From: Octopus vulgaris
Lineage: Eukaryota
Direction of reading: 5' to 3'
Assembly: GCA_951406725.2 (NCBI GenBank)
Contig: OX597837.1
Coordinates: forward strand, 22,754,001 to 22,818,000
Length of the DNA stretch: 64,000 nucleotides
A model generated the notes under the pieces. That model saw nothing but the letters and a program-made list of their open reading frames with translations. It searched no databases and was not told the DNA's origin. Positions 13,090 through 28,561 of the stretch are shown here, in pieces. Both the position numbers and the translations under genes were made by a program. The first letter of the stretch is position 1; every line of letters begins with the position of its first letter.

Positions 13090-15470
13090 CTGAACATACT
13101 ATAAAGCATAAATAATGAAAATATTTTTAAAACAGATATGTATATATATATGTATATATATATTTAGTGAGAAAGAGAAAGAACAAGAGAGATAGAGAGA
13201 GAGAAAAAAAGAAAAAGAAAGAGGTTGCTGCAAAGATTAATGAAAAACGATGGGGTAAAATGACAGCAATTCTTAGAATAAAATGAATAGAAAAAAGGAA
13301 AAAAAAAAAAAAAAATCATCAACAGAGGGTGCTGCTATAGTGATCAGTTTGCACAAAATAGATTGCAGACCAGAGGTTATCCACATTTCTTTGGTTTGGG
13401 TTGGGACCAAAGAAAAGTGTGGCCTCTTTGATTGTGAGCCAAAGATTTTAAACTTGATAAAAATAGGAAGGAGAGGAATGGGTAGGGCAAAAAAAGCTTA
13501 CAAAATAATATTTCTGTATTAAATAATAATTGTGAAATAATTACCAAACTGCATATTGGAAGATTGTATGTCAGTTATATACATATCCTTCCTACTATAC
13601 ATACACAACCTGAAATTTTGGGGGAGGGGCCTAGTTGATTAAATTGACCTGAATGCTCAACTTGCACATATTTCATCAACCCTGGAAAGGTGAAAGGTAG
13701 AGTTAACCTTGGCAGAATTTGAACTCAGAATGTAAAGATGGATGAAATACTGCTAAGCAGTTTACCCAGCGTGCCACTGATTCAACAAGCTCACAGCCTT
13801 AAATTTATATTTAATTTTGATTTAAAATTTTGGCACTAGGCCAGTAGTTTCAGGGGAGAAGTAAGTTGATTACAACAGCCCCAGTGTTCAACTGACATTT
13901 TATTGACCTTGAAAGGGTGAAAGGTAAAGTTGATCTCAGCAGAATTTGAACACAGATGGATGAACTGGTGGTAATCATGTGCTAATGATGCTGCTAGCTT
14001 ACTGCCTTAATAAATTTATATACAATGTCAACTTATATAACTTGTACATAGTCAAGTCATCAAGTTGGTCAGTAGACTTTCATTTCAAGGAATATATTTG
14101 ATTGAGAAGACAAATCTGGTCTAAAGGGCAGAAATTTAACAAACGAGTTTATTGGTAAGCCCATACTACAATTCAAACTACAGTTCTAGAAAAAAAAAAA
14201 TGAAAGTAAAACTTGAAAGTTTTATTAAAAATTGCATTGATGCAGTTAACAAAGCGCAGTTAATGGATTTTGGGACTGTCAAATAAATGTTTATAGACTG
14301 ATATTGGTGTATGTGGACTTGGGGAGCATATGGACACAAAGAAAACATCAGTTGGCCTTTGTTTTCTTCATTACATCAATGTCTGTCTGTCTATCTATCT
14401 ATCTATGTGAGTATTTGAAAGTACCTCAAAGAGTGATGACCACGCCCTACATAGTTACAGGCTGACCTTTGGAAAAGCATAGCACTTGTTCAGCCACACT
14501 GCCAGGGATATGGTGAAGTGAAGTCATATGGCTACAGCATGATGGATTGTGAAGAGGTAATAGAAGAGCTCAACTGAGCCAATGGTACTTCTTACCTTGC
14601 TGCTGAGCAGAGGAATTCAAGAAGGTCAATGGTCAAGATCACTAAGCTCTATCAAGACATTAACTACAATGCATTCATAGGGTTGGCATCCATGTAATCA
14701 TCTATGACTTAAGCTTCTAATTCCAATTCATAATAATGGAATTGGATGACAATGGAAAGTCATGGGGATGAGCAAAAGCATTGTAAAAAAAAATCTATCT
14801 ATATATCTATCTGTCTACCTATCTAAATACTTAGCTGTTTAACATCAGTTTTCTCATGTTTGTATTAGTGGAGTGTTTCTTTTCTTTTTTTTTTTAGTTG
14901 TTACTGAAGCAGTTGTTGGGTTTAATGGCAGATAGATTTCTTTCCTTCATCTGACAATTTAATAATGATGAAAGAATGGAGCTGAGTTCTGGTCAGTCCA
15001 ACAAAATGGAATAAGCAGTATTAGATTCCTTGCTTAGGGAGATAGCAGAATGAAAGAACTTATGACCTTGAGGTTCAATAATGCATCAGATTAACATCAC
15101 AGTCACAACAATGCTATGCTAATTTGATTTCAACAAATACTTATTAACCAAACACCGAGAAGCAATATTTTTCCTATGCTTGTTAAATATTTAAAAGAAT
15201 ATTTTGTATTAAGCAATTAGATCCAGCAAGAGAATGTATTCTATAGAAACAGAAATATATATTACAATAAACAGATATTCCTGGAATTGTTCCAAGATGG
15301 AACTGGTTTCTAACCCATTAATTCTTAACAGCTATAATCTATAGTTGGTGGAGGTGCATGGTGTGGTGGTTAAAGGTGTTGGACTTATAACTGTAAGACT
15401 GTGATTTCAATTTCTGGACTGGGTGATGTGTTGTGTTCTTGAGCAAAATGCTGCATTTATATATATATAT

Positions 15471-15935
15471 ATATTTAATGTAGGATAACATTTTTCCGAA
15501 AAAATTTTTTATCAATGGCCAGCAATATTAAAAAAATACCTTTAAAGGTTAAACTTATAAACAACTTATAAATAAGGGCAAACGAAAAAATTTCTAATGC
15601 CAAATATGCCGAAATTAGACACATTGTCCATAACCATTATAATTTTTTCACAATACGCATGCCACTCAAAAAAGGTCGACAGAAATTTCTAAAAAATTCC
15701 ATTATTACCATATCGGACCGATTTCAGGGTTAGTTCGTAAGAACCCTCCCTTCGTCAGTGATAAATGTGGCAAAGAAATAAATGAGATACTCACTCATAC
15801 CCATGGAAGTTTCTGTCGACCTTTTTTGAGTAGCGTGCGTATTGTGAAAAAATTATAATGGTTATGGACAATGTGTTTAATTTCGGCATATTTGGCATTA
15901 GAATTTTTTTCGTTTGCCCTCATTTATAAGTTATA
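15471..15935. mobile_element. Fold-back element in (TA)n with hammerhead in loop
   Basis: Arms about 15563-15689 and 15806-15932; same family as 55839-56186. Confidence 0.75.
15711..15763 (-). ncRNA. Minimal type-I hammerhead ribozyme motif (tomosyn sense strand)
   Basis: Minus strand reads tatca-CTGACGA-AGGG(agg gttc-ttac-gaac taa)CCCT-GAAA-TCGG-TC-cgata; stem I has one mismatch next to the core. Confidence 0.78.
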
Positions 15936-16842
15936 TATATATATATATATATGATGGACTCTCCAGTTGTTAGATGATGTATGAGGGTTCGACAATTTGT
16001 TACCAAACAACCACACAGATGATTTGTTTATAGTGATCAAATGTTTGTGTAGACATAAGCCCACTCCCTCCATCAGATCGACATTACCTGTACAGGTGCA
16101 ACATGTGCCACATGTCAGATGTCGAAATGATTGCAGAACAGCGTGAAATGAAGTGCTTTGCTCAAGAACACAACACAATGCTCAGTCTGGGAATTGAAAC
16201 CCATGATCTCGCAATCGTGGGTGCAACACCTTAACCACTAAGCCATGCGCCTTCACAAACACACATATTTTTATATATTTGCATCCATTTTCTCCACCTG
16301 TTGTTCCTAAGATGGTCTTTGAACTTCACTTTAGTTTCTATGCGCATTATTTTTTAGTCTGTCTGTCAAAGTTCTTTTCTTACACATTCTGCGACCTCAT
16401 CAGTGATTCTCTGTCCCATGAACCTCTTGTCTTTCTGCAGTGTGTATGTACATGACTGTCTATCTGTCTGTATATCTATCTATCTAACTATCTATCTATC
16501 TATCTGTCTGTCTGTCTGTCTAAGGTGGTTGATTAGAAGAGACATTGTGTTGAATGCATTGCCATATTCATTCTAGTTCTTTGCCATTTGGATTGAGTTC
16601 ATATTCTGTCAAGATTAGTTGTGTCTTTCATCCCCAAAGAGGCCAATTGAGTACCAGTCCAATACTGATGCAGATCCAGTTATCACATCTGAATGATCTG
16701 CTAGGCTAATATTACAAGGGCCAAGTGGGGGTCTGCATCTTCTTACAACAACTACAAAGGTACCACCTAAATTAATTAAAGCATGATCCATGCATCAAAG
16801 TTATCCTTAATTGCAGCAGTTGCACTTCATAAATAATGCATA

Positions 16843-16879
<37 letters not shown>

Positions 16880-16887
16880 CACTTCTT

Positions 16888-17149
16888 AATTTGAATGGAG
16901 GCAATGCAAGCAGAAATTAGAGGAACATAATTAATTAAGATCCACACTCGAAGATCAAATGGATTCATATATATATTTATATATTCTTCCAAATTTACAA
17001 AACGGATATATAAATTCCAGATATCTGGAATTTATACATCCGTTTTGTAAATCTGGAAGAATATATGAATATATGTATCTATTTGATCTTTGAGTGTGGA
17101 TCTTAATTATATTCCTCTAGTTTCCACTTGCTTTGCCTCCGTTCAAATT
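16888..17149. repeat. Palindrome of about 260 bp with no loop, next to (TA)n
   Basis: Centre ttccagat|atctggaa at 17022/17023; arms moderately diverged. Confidence 0.85.
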
Positions 17150-17485
17150 GCACATTTGTGGTCTATAATGCCCAGTGAACAGGTCTCAATTAACACCTAC
17201 AGAGACCCTAAGCACTTAAAAGATTTTGGTGCCCCCATATATACGTAATTCAAAATATAAATAATAAACCATAAAATAATTTTTTTTGTTTTCAAAATGA
17301 AACAAAACTAAGATGGAATATAATATTTATTTTTGCATACTTCCACTTTATTTATATTTGAAAAAAATTTATCCTACTTTTTTTTTAATTGCAAAGTCTT
17401 TGATCAGATCCTCACTATGACACTATGAACACTTTGAAATTCTATTTCTTATCATATAAATCACTTTGAATATTATTTTAGCAAG

Positions 17486-17892
17486 TTTAGCCCTTTCGTT
17501 ACCAACCCAGCCAAAACCTGCTCTGGCTCTGTAGTACAAATGCCTTGTTTTCATAAGTTCTGAATTAAAATCTTCTACCAAACCTTCTCCACAATTAATG
17601 TTCCTAACACTAGCTTAATGATAACTAAGTTATTTTACTAAATTCTTTGCTATATTTAAAATTAGTTGAAAGAAACACAGAGAATCTCAACAGAAATATG
17701 GTAACAAAAGGGTTAAAATAGTTGTAAAAATGAATGATACATAAGTATCAAGACACCTTGGGCCACTGCTAGTTCTTCCTGTCTTAACCACTTTGATACC
17801 AACCCACCTGAAACCACCTCTGGCTCTGTAGTACAAATTAATTGTAAGAAACACAGAGAATCTCAACAGAAATATGGTAACAAAAGGGTTAA
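17486..17892. mobile_element. Two adjacent piggyBac-like MITEs (full and internally deleted)
   Basis: ttagCCCTTTcgttacc...ggtaacAAAAGGGttaa (17486-17715) and a deleted copy (17784-17892); TTAA ends. Confidence 0.7.
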
Positions 17893-19419
17893 AATGATTT
17901 GTTTTGTGCCATAAACCATTCCTGTGTTGTCCCCTTTTCCTTGTGCTTATTTTGCTTAATGGTTTATCCAGCATTGTAACTGAAGTTATAGAGTAACAGT
18001 AATTATCTACAAACTGCAACTTGTGTTGAGGATTTCTGTGGCAGTTTAATTAATTAATTAATTAACAGTAGGCTCTTGAGTGTGAGAAAGATAGTTCTGA
18101 AATATCTTGTTGAATAATCTGCACAAATGATTTGTTTATAGTAATCAAATGTTTGTGCCATACATTATCTCACTTCCTCCATTAAATTGATGTTACCTGT
18201 ACAGGTGCATAGCGTCCAACATGTAAGGTGTTGAATGTCAAAGTGATTGCAGAGTAACATGAGATGAAGGGTTTTGCTCAAGAAGACAATGCACTGCCTG
18301 GTTTAGGAATTGAACCTATGATCTAGTGAATGTGAGTGCAGCACCTTAATCACACATCCTCACCATGATAGTTTATTATATTAGTAATAACAGCCCACTC
18401 AGCTGGTCAAAATGAATTGTACCTGTATTTCAAAGGGCCAGCCTTGTCACACTCTGTGTCACACTGAATCTCTCTGAGAACTATGTTAAGTGTACACATG
18501 TCTGTGGAATACTCAGCCACTTGCGTGTTAATTTCATAAGCAGGCTGTTCCATTGATCAGATCAACTAGAACCCTCGTCATCATAACTGACGGAATGCCA
18601 GTAGTGACTGTTAAACAACAAGATATTTCGTTAACAATGCAATGTTTCTTCTAATTTGAAAATTTGAAAGTTTATAATGCCAGTGGTACAAAAAAAAAAT
18701 TAAATTAAATATATAATCTATCCTGATGTGAAATTTTAATTTTATTCATATCTTTATCAAGAGATTCAGTTGCATAACTGAAATGAAATCTGTTGCAAAA
18801 AAAAAAGCCAAACTCAACTTGACCTCTCAGAACTCTCAGACTATGTCATTTTCCATATCCGTAAATAAATGAATTATAAAATCCAAATTGATAATTACAG
18901 TCTGTAAATTTATTATTCTGTTTTATTATTCTGTTTTTTCTGTATTATATTTCATTTTATTAAATTTTTTTTGCGGGGTGGGAGAATAACAATTTTATTA
19001 AAAGAAAACAAAATTTCCAAATTAATGTTACTAACTAAAGAAGAAATATTTAAATATAAATAATTCATTCTAATTAAGGGCCACAGAATTAATCAATTTT
19101 ATTGGTTGTAATATCTGATTGACATATCCATTAATATGGATGGTGTTGAAACTAAAACTGAAAGACTATCAAGTTTTGATAATAGAGAAAAAAAAATGGA
19201 AAAAGAAAAATTAACAGCTGCCGATAAAAACCAATTACTAAATTTTGTTTTGTAAAAAAATTAAACTGGTGGGTGTGGGATGGAAGTGTTTGGGTACAGG
19301 AAATGGACATCACAATGATAGTGTGATGAAAACTTGGGAGGAATCGATTCTAGCCAGCAAATTTAAAATCTTTGGCTACAGTTGTAGATGATATAAATGA
19401 AGTTATTACCAAAAAAAAA

Positions 19420-19471
<52 letters not shown>

Positions 19472-19809
19472 TAAAAAGATAAAATTAAAATATTATGAAA
19501 GTATGAAACATTCAGATGCAAGGATGAAAAATAAGCAGTCCGAAAATGTAGAAATTAAGCAATATATATAAAATAATAATGATAATAATAAAGATAGTGT
19601 ATGAAATTAATAAGAAAATGTTAGGATAATAAAATTGTAAAGGAAAAACAAAACAAACATTCGGTTAGAGAAATTCAAGAAAAAAAAAATTAAAAAAAGA
19701 AAAGAAAGGAATAGAGATAAGAAAAAGATGAAGGGGATGTAAAATTTGTAGTCGAAATTTCAGTGAAGTTACAAAAAGAAAGAAGTGAAAGTGTTGATTT
19801 TTTTTTTAC

Positions 19810-19956
19810 CTTAGTACTATCGGATGCACTGCTGGAATAGGAGCCAAGGCTTCCACTCTGTTGTTGATGGACTGCACCAAGAAATGGCCGTGAGTATTCA
19901 TAATCTGGAGAGTCTAAGTCGTCATACACTTCATAGATGATCTGGATTTCAAGTGC
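19810..19956 (-). CDS. STXBP5: Tomosyn exon F: ALEIQIIYEVYDDLDSPDYEYSRPFLGAVHQQQSGSLGSYSSSASDSTK
   Basis: AAG acceptor, gtaaaa donor; 147 nt, phase 0->0; continues frame from exon E; resembles tomosyn 'LEVRLQY..' followed by a Ser-rich linker. Confidence 0.88.
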
Positions 19957-20994
19957 CTTTGTTTAAGAAATTTAGAGATGGAAAACAACGTGTCACTATT
20001 TGTTCTCAAAATCATGTAGAGTAATGACAATATTAACCCTTTAACATTTAAACTGTCCATATCCAGCCCAAAATATTCTATTTGTTTTATGCTCCAACTG
20101 ACCAAATACAATCTCTCATGCCTACCTCAAAGTGTCATACTAAAAGTAAACAATCCCCTAATTGAAGTCTCAAAGCTACAAGAAAATGCATGATTAATTG
20201 AAAACAATGTGTTTGTACACTCACAAACACACTTTGAAATTTGTTAAAATACACATCATCCAACAATTGAACAAATGTTTCAAAACTGGTTCAGATTTAC
20301 GTATTTCTCATCAGGAACTCCCTAGATCCCCCTCTTTCTCTCTCTCCACACACATATAGTAGATATAAATATCATCATCATCATCATCGTTTAACGTCCG
20401 TTTTCTGTGCTAGCACGGGTTGGACGGTTCGACCGGGGTCTGGGAAGCCAGGAGGCTGCACCAAGCTCCAGTCTGATCTGATATTGTTTCTACAGCTGGA
20501 TGCCCTTCCTAACGCCAACTACTCAGTGAGTGTAGTGGGTGCTTTTTACGTGCCATATATATACATATATATGTAACACAAGTGTGGCTGTGTGGTTAAG
20601 AAGTTTGCTTCCCAACTTTATGGTTTTGGGTTCAGTCCCACTGTGTGGCACTTTGGCCAAGTGTGTTGTACTATAGCATCAGACTGATGAGATCCTTGTG
20701 AATGGATTTGCAAGTGAGAAATTGAAAGAAGCCTGGTATATGTATGCACATGTGTATAAATAAATGTATGTGTGCGTATATAAGTATGTCGTAAATGAGT
20801 GTCATTGTCATATAAGCAGTGTCATTTATTTCCAATATTCTGTGAAAAGCACAGGGAAATATTACCTTGCTTGGATACAGGTGAGGATTGGCAACAGGTG
20901 GGGACATTAACTAGTAGAAATTCTACTTTAATAAACCCTGTTTAATCCAAGCGAGTACGGTAAAGTGGATAGTATGATGATGATGATAATGATG

Positions 20995-22614
<1,620 letters not shown>

Positions 22615-22708
22615 GATACATATAGATATGCACACACATGCAAACAGTGTATACTGTCCCATAATTTTATATAGGAATCTTCATATTGTCATTTAATATA
22701 AAGCTCAG

Positions 22709-22750
<42 letters not shown>

Positions 22751-23180
22751 CACACATACACACAGTCAATAACCATAGTTATATTTTCATTGCACTGTTG
22801 CGATGCTATCCAATGCCAACACACACACACGCGCACACACGCACACACTCACACAGCAATCTCTCCACACCCCCACCCCACCCCACCCAACCCCACTGCA
22901 CCTAACTCCTTTGCCTTGCCGCTTGTGTTTTATTTTTGTATTGTTTTCGCCTTCTCACTATCCTTTGGAGCTTTGTGTAAAACAAAATATGGAATCAATG
23001 ACGCTTTGAACAAAAACTACACATCCCCCCCTTCTCACCATCCCGCCATCCCCAACTCCCCGCTCCGCTCGTCTCCCCCCCCCCGCTCCTCGCTTCTTTT
23101 TAGTTTTTGTAGTGCAATGGAGCAGTGCTCTGTTCTCTCGGTCTCTGTTATTCAATTGAGCTTTATTGTTATATACCTAC

Positions 23181-23240
23181 GCCATTGGAAACGCATAAAA
23201 CTTTATTTTTATAGCAGTCGATGCTGCGAAAGGTAGTCAT
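23181..23240 (-). CDS. Candidate internal alternative first coding exon: MTTFRSIDCYKNKVLCVSNG
   Basis: ATG preceded by an in-frame TGA; 20 codons ending at GGC|gtaggt in phase 0, in frame with exon F; lies in a CpG-retaining island. Confidence 0.35.
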
Positions 23241-23380
23241 CGGAGATGATCTGCTTGCAAAGGATAATCTAATTTTATTGGAATAACTGTATCATTAAAC
23301 CCACCAAAAACCAGCAACACAGCTAGAATGACTTTAAGCAATTTACCGAGAGCTTTTACAGTTCCTTTAGAAACCATCCC

Positions 23381-23454
23381 CCCTCTCTCTCTATGTGTGT
23401 GTGTGTGCATACACATATACATATATATATATATATATGTGTGTGTGCATACAC

Positions 23455-23491
<37 letters not shown>

Positions 23492-23604
23492 CATACACAC
23501 ACATATATACACATACATATATACACACACCCATATACATATATATATACACACAAACATATATATATATACATACACAGATATACATATACATATATAT
23601 ATAT

Positions 23605-23635
<31 letters not shown>

Positions 23636-23850
23636 CACACATATACGTATACACATGTACATATATATATATATATATATACACATATATGCATATATAT
23701 ATATATACACACACATATATACCACATGTATATATATATATATACACACACACATATATGTATATATTATATACATACACATACATATATACACACATAT
23801 ATACACATATATATATATATACATATATATATATACATACATATACATGC
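23381..23850. repeat. Compound (TA)/(CA) microsatellite
   Basis: Seen directly. Confidence 0.95.
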
Positions 23851-25070
23851 ATACTCATACAGACACTGCTTGGAGCTGTTAAGAGCCACACAAATAGACA
23901 TTTATTTCAACTGGAACTGTCCTCATTATTACATGCTTAAAATGCATAAATATATAAAATGTACAGAAGTATTGATAGCAATTCTTTTTGGCACACATAC
24001 AATCAATTAAATGTTTGAAGAATGACCATAGCATATTAGATATGGCATATGTGCATCTAGAACGCTGCAACACATTGACATCTTGTAATTATGAGAGAGA
24101 GAGATAGAGAGAGAGGAGGAAACAAAGAGGTTTCTATTCCTAATTTGAGAAGCTGAAGCTTGCCAGATAAGTATGGTCACAGAGGGCCTCAGTATCTTTA
24201 TTGGATGTTGTGCGTTGCATGGTATAAAGTTGGAGTTAATAATTAGAAGACATAATGCTGATTTTGAACTCTTTGGGTACTGAGTTTGAAGTGTTCCTTT
24301 TCAACCAGGAATAATGAAGCCATACAAGGTAGTTGTCGTGGTACTAAGGGAATCTAGGGAGAGCTGAACAGCAGGTTTTCAGACAAGAGACCTGCTTCAT
24401 ACAATTTTTTGGCCCTCAACTCCTTACCCTTTAAGACTCCGAGATACCTCTCAGCTATTACATTCTGTGCTGTTGTTTGCATTGCAACTCTCCTGGAGGG
24501 TTAAGGTGTTCCATATCCAAGGAATCTTTTGTGTTATGGCAAGTTCAGTCAAAGACATAACGCTGGGTTTTTGTACCCTTTTGTGTGCTGAGCTTGAAGT
24601 CTTTTTACAACCAGGTATAGTGAAGTAATAAAAGACAGTTGTCATAGAACCTACCAAAGTCTGTATAGAATATGAATTACTCATGTACTTGGTGTATATT
24701 TAGATCCTCATAAATACTCTTATATAAAAAAAAAATTCTGAAAAACTGCATTCAACTTCAAATTATTACTGTTAATATTTGATTAAAAAATATACCATTA
24801 AAATATAAACATTGCAATCCTTTCTCTCACACATACACACATGTTTATATATGTGTATATACATTATAATTGATTATGTATTGATTCAGAAATAACCATT
24901 CATTTCCCTTATTGCTACAAATTGGACAAAAGTTAAAACTGGTATAAACAGGTTTATTTCTAATCAATATCTGACACAAATTCCTATTTATGTGTTAAAT
25001 ATCCATACTGATAGACCAACTTTTTTTATGTTTCATATTAATACTTTGCATATTTCTAGATTAGTTAGGT

Positions 25071-25305
25071 ATATTTACACAAAACATATTCACATACTCT
25101 GATACACACTGTGTTTCAAGTATATATTTACACAAGTGACTTGCATACTCTTCTGAACAGACAGCACTATATTAAATATATTTACACAAAACCATATTAA
25201 GATGCTTTGTTCATTACACACTGAATTGAGTACATATTTACACAGATATAGATCACATTCAGATACTCTCCTTAACAGACAATGCTACATAGAACATATT
25301 TTCAG
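25071..25305. repeat. Degenerate tandem repeat, unit about 54 bp
   Basis: atatttacac recurs at 25071, 25124, 25178 and 25234. Confidence 0.65.
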
Positions 25306-26694
25306 GAAAATATCAGAAAGTTTATTTTTTTAACAGAGAACAGTGTGACTGAAGGATTTTCCAGAGCTGTACAATAACCTACTGATTTAGCTTTAGAAAA
25401 CAAAAAACAAAACCCTAATATTTTAATTGTTGGTCTTATGACAGGTTTTCACCTCAATCCATTACCAGCATTTCATAGCATACATTTTTTTCACTTCTAG
25501 CTGCAAATTATATTTGATTCTCAACTGTTAACCTCTGTTATCAATATCAGAGATATAAACTCCATCTGGTGCTCCACACATATCTTAATGTCTACCACCA
25601 CACTGTCTAGTCATATAATCTGCAACCACAAATTCTCTCTAACAAATCAATGAAATATCACTAAATTAGTTGTAGATATTTTTCTGACATTTTCTATTAG
25701 ATGACATGCAATACACAGCTACTGCTTAGTGACCTAATCAATGTCAGATTAGTTAGGGGTCAGTTATCCAAGGTCAAAAATGTTGAATTGTTTTCTTATC
25801 TTTTGGTTGGGGCCTTTGAGATAATAGGAGGGAGAGAAAGAGGTAATTATCCTCAAACTGGAAATCTGGCCTGAATGTTTGCAACAAAGAAGATTCTGTA
25901 ACATGTACCCAAGGCATCATGAGGGGGTGTTGGAATGAGTGACAGATTAAGTTAACCACTAGAAAAGGCTTACATAAAACAAAGATCAAATCAAATAAAA
26001 GTCAAAACAGAGATATTTTAATAACACAAGGCAATATTCCCCACCCTGGGACCATTACTTACTTTTCTTAACTATTGTCTAATGGATCTCAAAGGAATCA
26101 AAAGGTCTTTCAGAAGAAACTGCCAGATAATAGATATACTTATTCTACAATTTATGTTATTATCCAAATAACAACTTAACTTTCAGGAAATCATCATTGT
26201 GGATTTTATGTCCATTTTTCATACTGGCATGGCTTGGACAAAACACTTGAGACAGATGCCTTTCCAAACACCAAGTGTTGCTGGTTTTCAAGGAGAGTAC
26301 TTCATTCCAATGGTTTTCGTGTATCAAATCAAGGAACAGTATGCCTTGTTTATGAGGAATGTAAACAAATACCAACCTCTGCCCAAGACATATGGACACA
26401 AACAAACACAAACATACACAACACACATATTTATGTATCATTTAATAAAACCAGGATTATCATATCTGAGCCTCTTGAAGTTTCATGCTGAGATAGTGCA
26501 GTAATCCTGCAGGCTTATATAGCACACAAATCACTATCCTGCAACTGTTCAGTGGAATTCTGATCAAGCATGAAAGAAAGTAGCTCAAATATTGGGTCAT
26601 CCCATAAATAATGAATGGAATTCCTGGTGTGTGTCTTCTTGTGGCTACCTGCTCCTAAAAAAATGGGGAACAGGCCTGGGTAGGTATTTATATA

Positions 26695-27385
26695 TTAGAT
26701 AAATAAACTTCTTTTTTAACCTAAAATATACTCCTCTTCATTTTCTACAATGCTTTTCCATTTATCTGGTAGACGTGCAAGGCTCCTCTTCCAAAATTCA
26801 CTTGTTCATGAAGAAAAATACTTCTCCAGTATTGTTCTGACCTTGTCTACAGAATTCATATTTTTTCTGTCCAAATGATTTTGAAAAGTGTGGAATAGAT
26901 GATAATCAGATGGGGTAATGTCTGGTGAATATGGTGGGTGGGGCATTGTTTCTCATTCAAACTGCTCCAGCCTTTGGAACGTCATCCTTGCTGCACGTGG
27001 CCAAGTATTATCCTGATGGAAGAACACCTTTCATCTTGAAACCAAAGACAGTCATTTTCTCCTAGCACTGACTAAAGCCACTCAAGCTACTTGCAGCAGA
27101 TCAACTTTGTTATTGTTTGGTTTGGGTTTAATAGTTCAAAGTGGACTAAACCTTTCATATCCCATGAAACAGATAACAACACCTTACATGGGTGAAGACC
27201 TTTAGCCTGGGATGCTAGTGTTTCTCCTTTTCCTACCCACTGTTTCTGGTGCTTGACATTTTTATAGAGAACCCATTTCTCATCCCCAGTCACCATTCAG
27301 TCCAAAAAAAGGTTCATTTATGAGATGTGATAGTAAAGAAGAGCACACATTCACTCTCTGCACATGACTAGACTCAGCAAGTTTG
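26695..27385 (-). pseudogene. Mariner (DD34D) transposase pseudogene
   Basis: VTGDEKW, KVLLSV.WD.KG.VHFELL, HPPYSPDITPSDYYLF motifs with stops and frameshifts. Confidence 0.9.
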
Positions 27386-27494
27386 TGAGGTCACCAAATA
27401 ACTTACAAGACAAGAATTCTCAACTGAGTCTTCTTGAAATTTTTCGAGAGAATTACATGTGTGTGTGTGTGTATGTGAGTTGAAAAAGAAGTAA

Positions 27495-27687
27495 TTTCTA
27501 CTCTTCTCCTCTGGAAGCCATCTACTCGCAATACCAGAGGGCGCACACTCTCCTACCCTGATGTACTCTCCAGGGATACAGGCATCCAGCAACAGGACCT
27601 CCGTAATGCCATGATGGACCGTGAAGTCTGGCGTAGCATGGTAAATTCCATTGTCTCGACCACGGTCGAACAATGATGATGATGATG
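27495..27687 (+). mobile_element. RTE-clade LINE 3' end
   Basis: LLLWKP..RGRTLSYPD..RDTG...AMMDREVWR.. then stop and (TGA)n tail. Confidence 0.75.
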
Positions 27688-28519
27688 TGTGTGCGAGTTA
27701 CGATGTTCATTAAAATAAAGGCAACTATAAATTGGTAAAAACAGAACTCAGTCTTAATCTAGTAGAGTGTTATAAATCATAATATATTTACATATTTTGT
27801 ACTCACAACAGAACTGGTATTTTGTTTAGTAAGCTTATCAAATTACTGTTTGAAATGCTCATCAAACTAACTACATTTCATCATACTTAAAAGTCAACAT
27901 GGATATGAAATCACAAGTAAAAAGAAAAGGGAGCAGAGCTATTTGAAATGTAGAAATAAAACTGATGGCTGTTCTACAAATCTATGTATATAAAAGTAAA
28001 TTTCATAGAAATTAATGGGTGATTTTTCTCTCAAAGTACTACAGTAAAAAATTAGTTGATATTGAATGATAGGAGGCAGAATAAAGAAGGCAAATGATAT
28101 GATTAAACATTTAAGTATATTTGTCATTGTAGTAGGGGGTTGAAGGGAGAAAGTAAACATAAAGAGAAGAAAAAGAAAAGATAAAAAATATGCATCATGT
28201 GTTGTAGAGTGTTTCTGAAACAAAAATTAAATATTATGGGATATTTATCTAATAATTGTCATATAGTAATTTGATATTGTCTTGTAGTAATTCCATTGTA
28301 ATCTAATATTGTCATCTATTTATCTCACATATGTATGTGATTATATGTTTAAAATAATAGATATACAAATAGTTTGTAGAAAATTTCAAGAATCCTGAGG
28401 CTATATATATATATATGAAAATACATATATATATATATATATAATAAATACATACATATATATAAATACATATATACATATATGTATATACATACACACC
28501 CACTAACACACACATTCAT

Positions 28520-28561
<42 letters not shown>

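Noticed and set aside
24120-24700. Possible LINE endonuclease remnant (also 40060-40560)
   Set aside because: Too decayed to assign motifs with confidence by eye.
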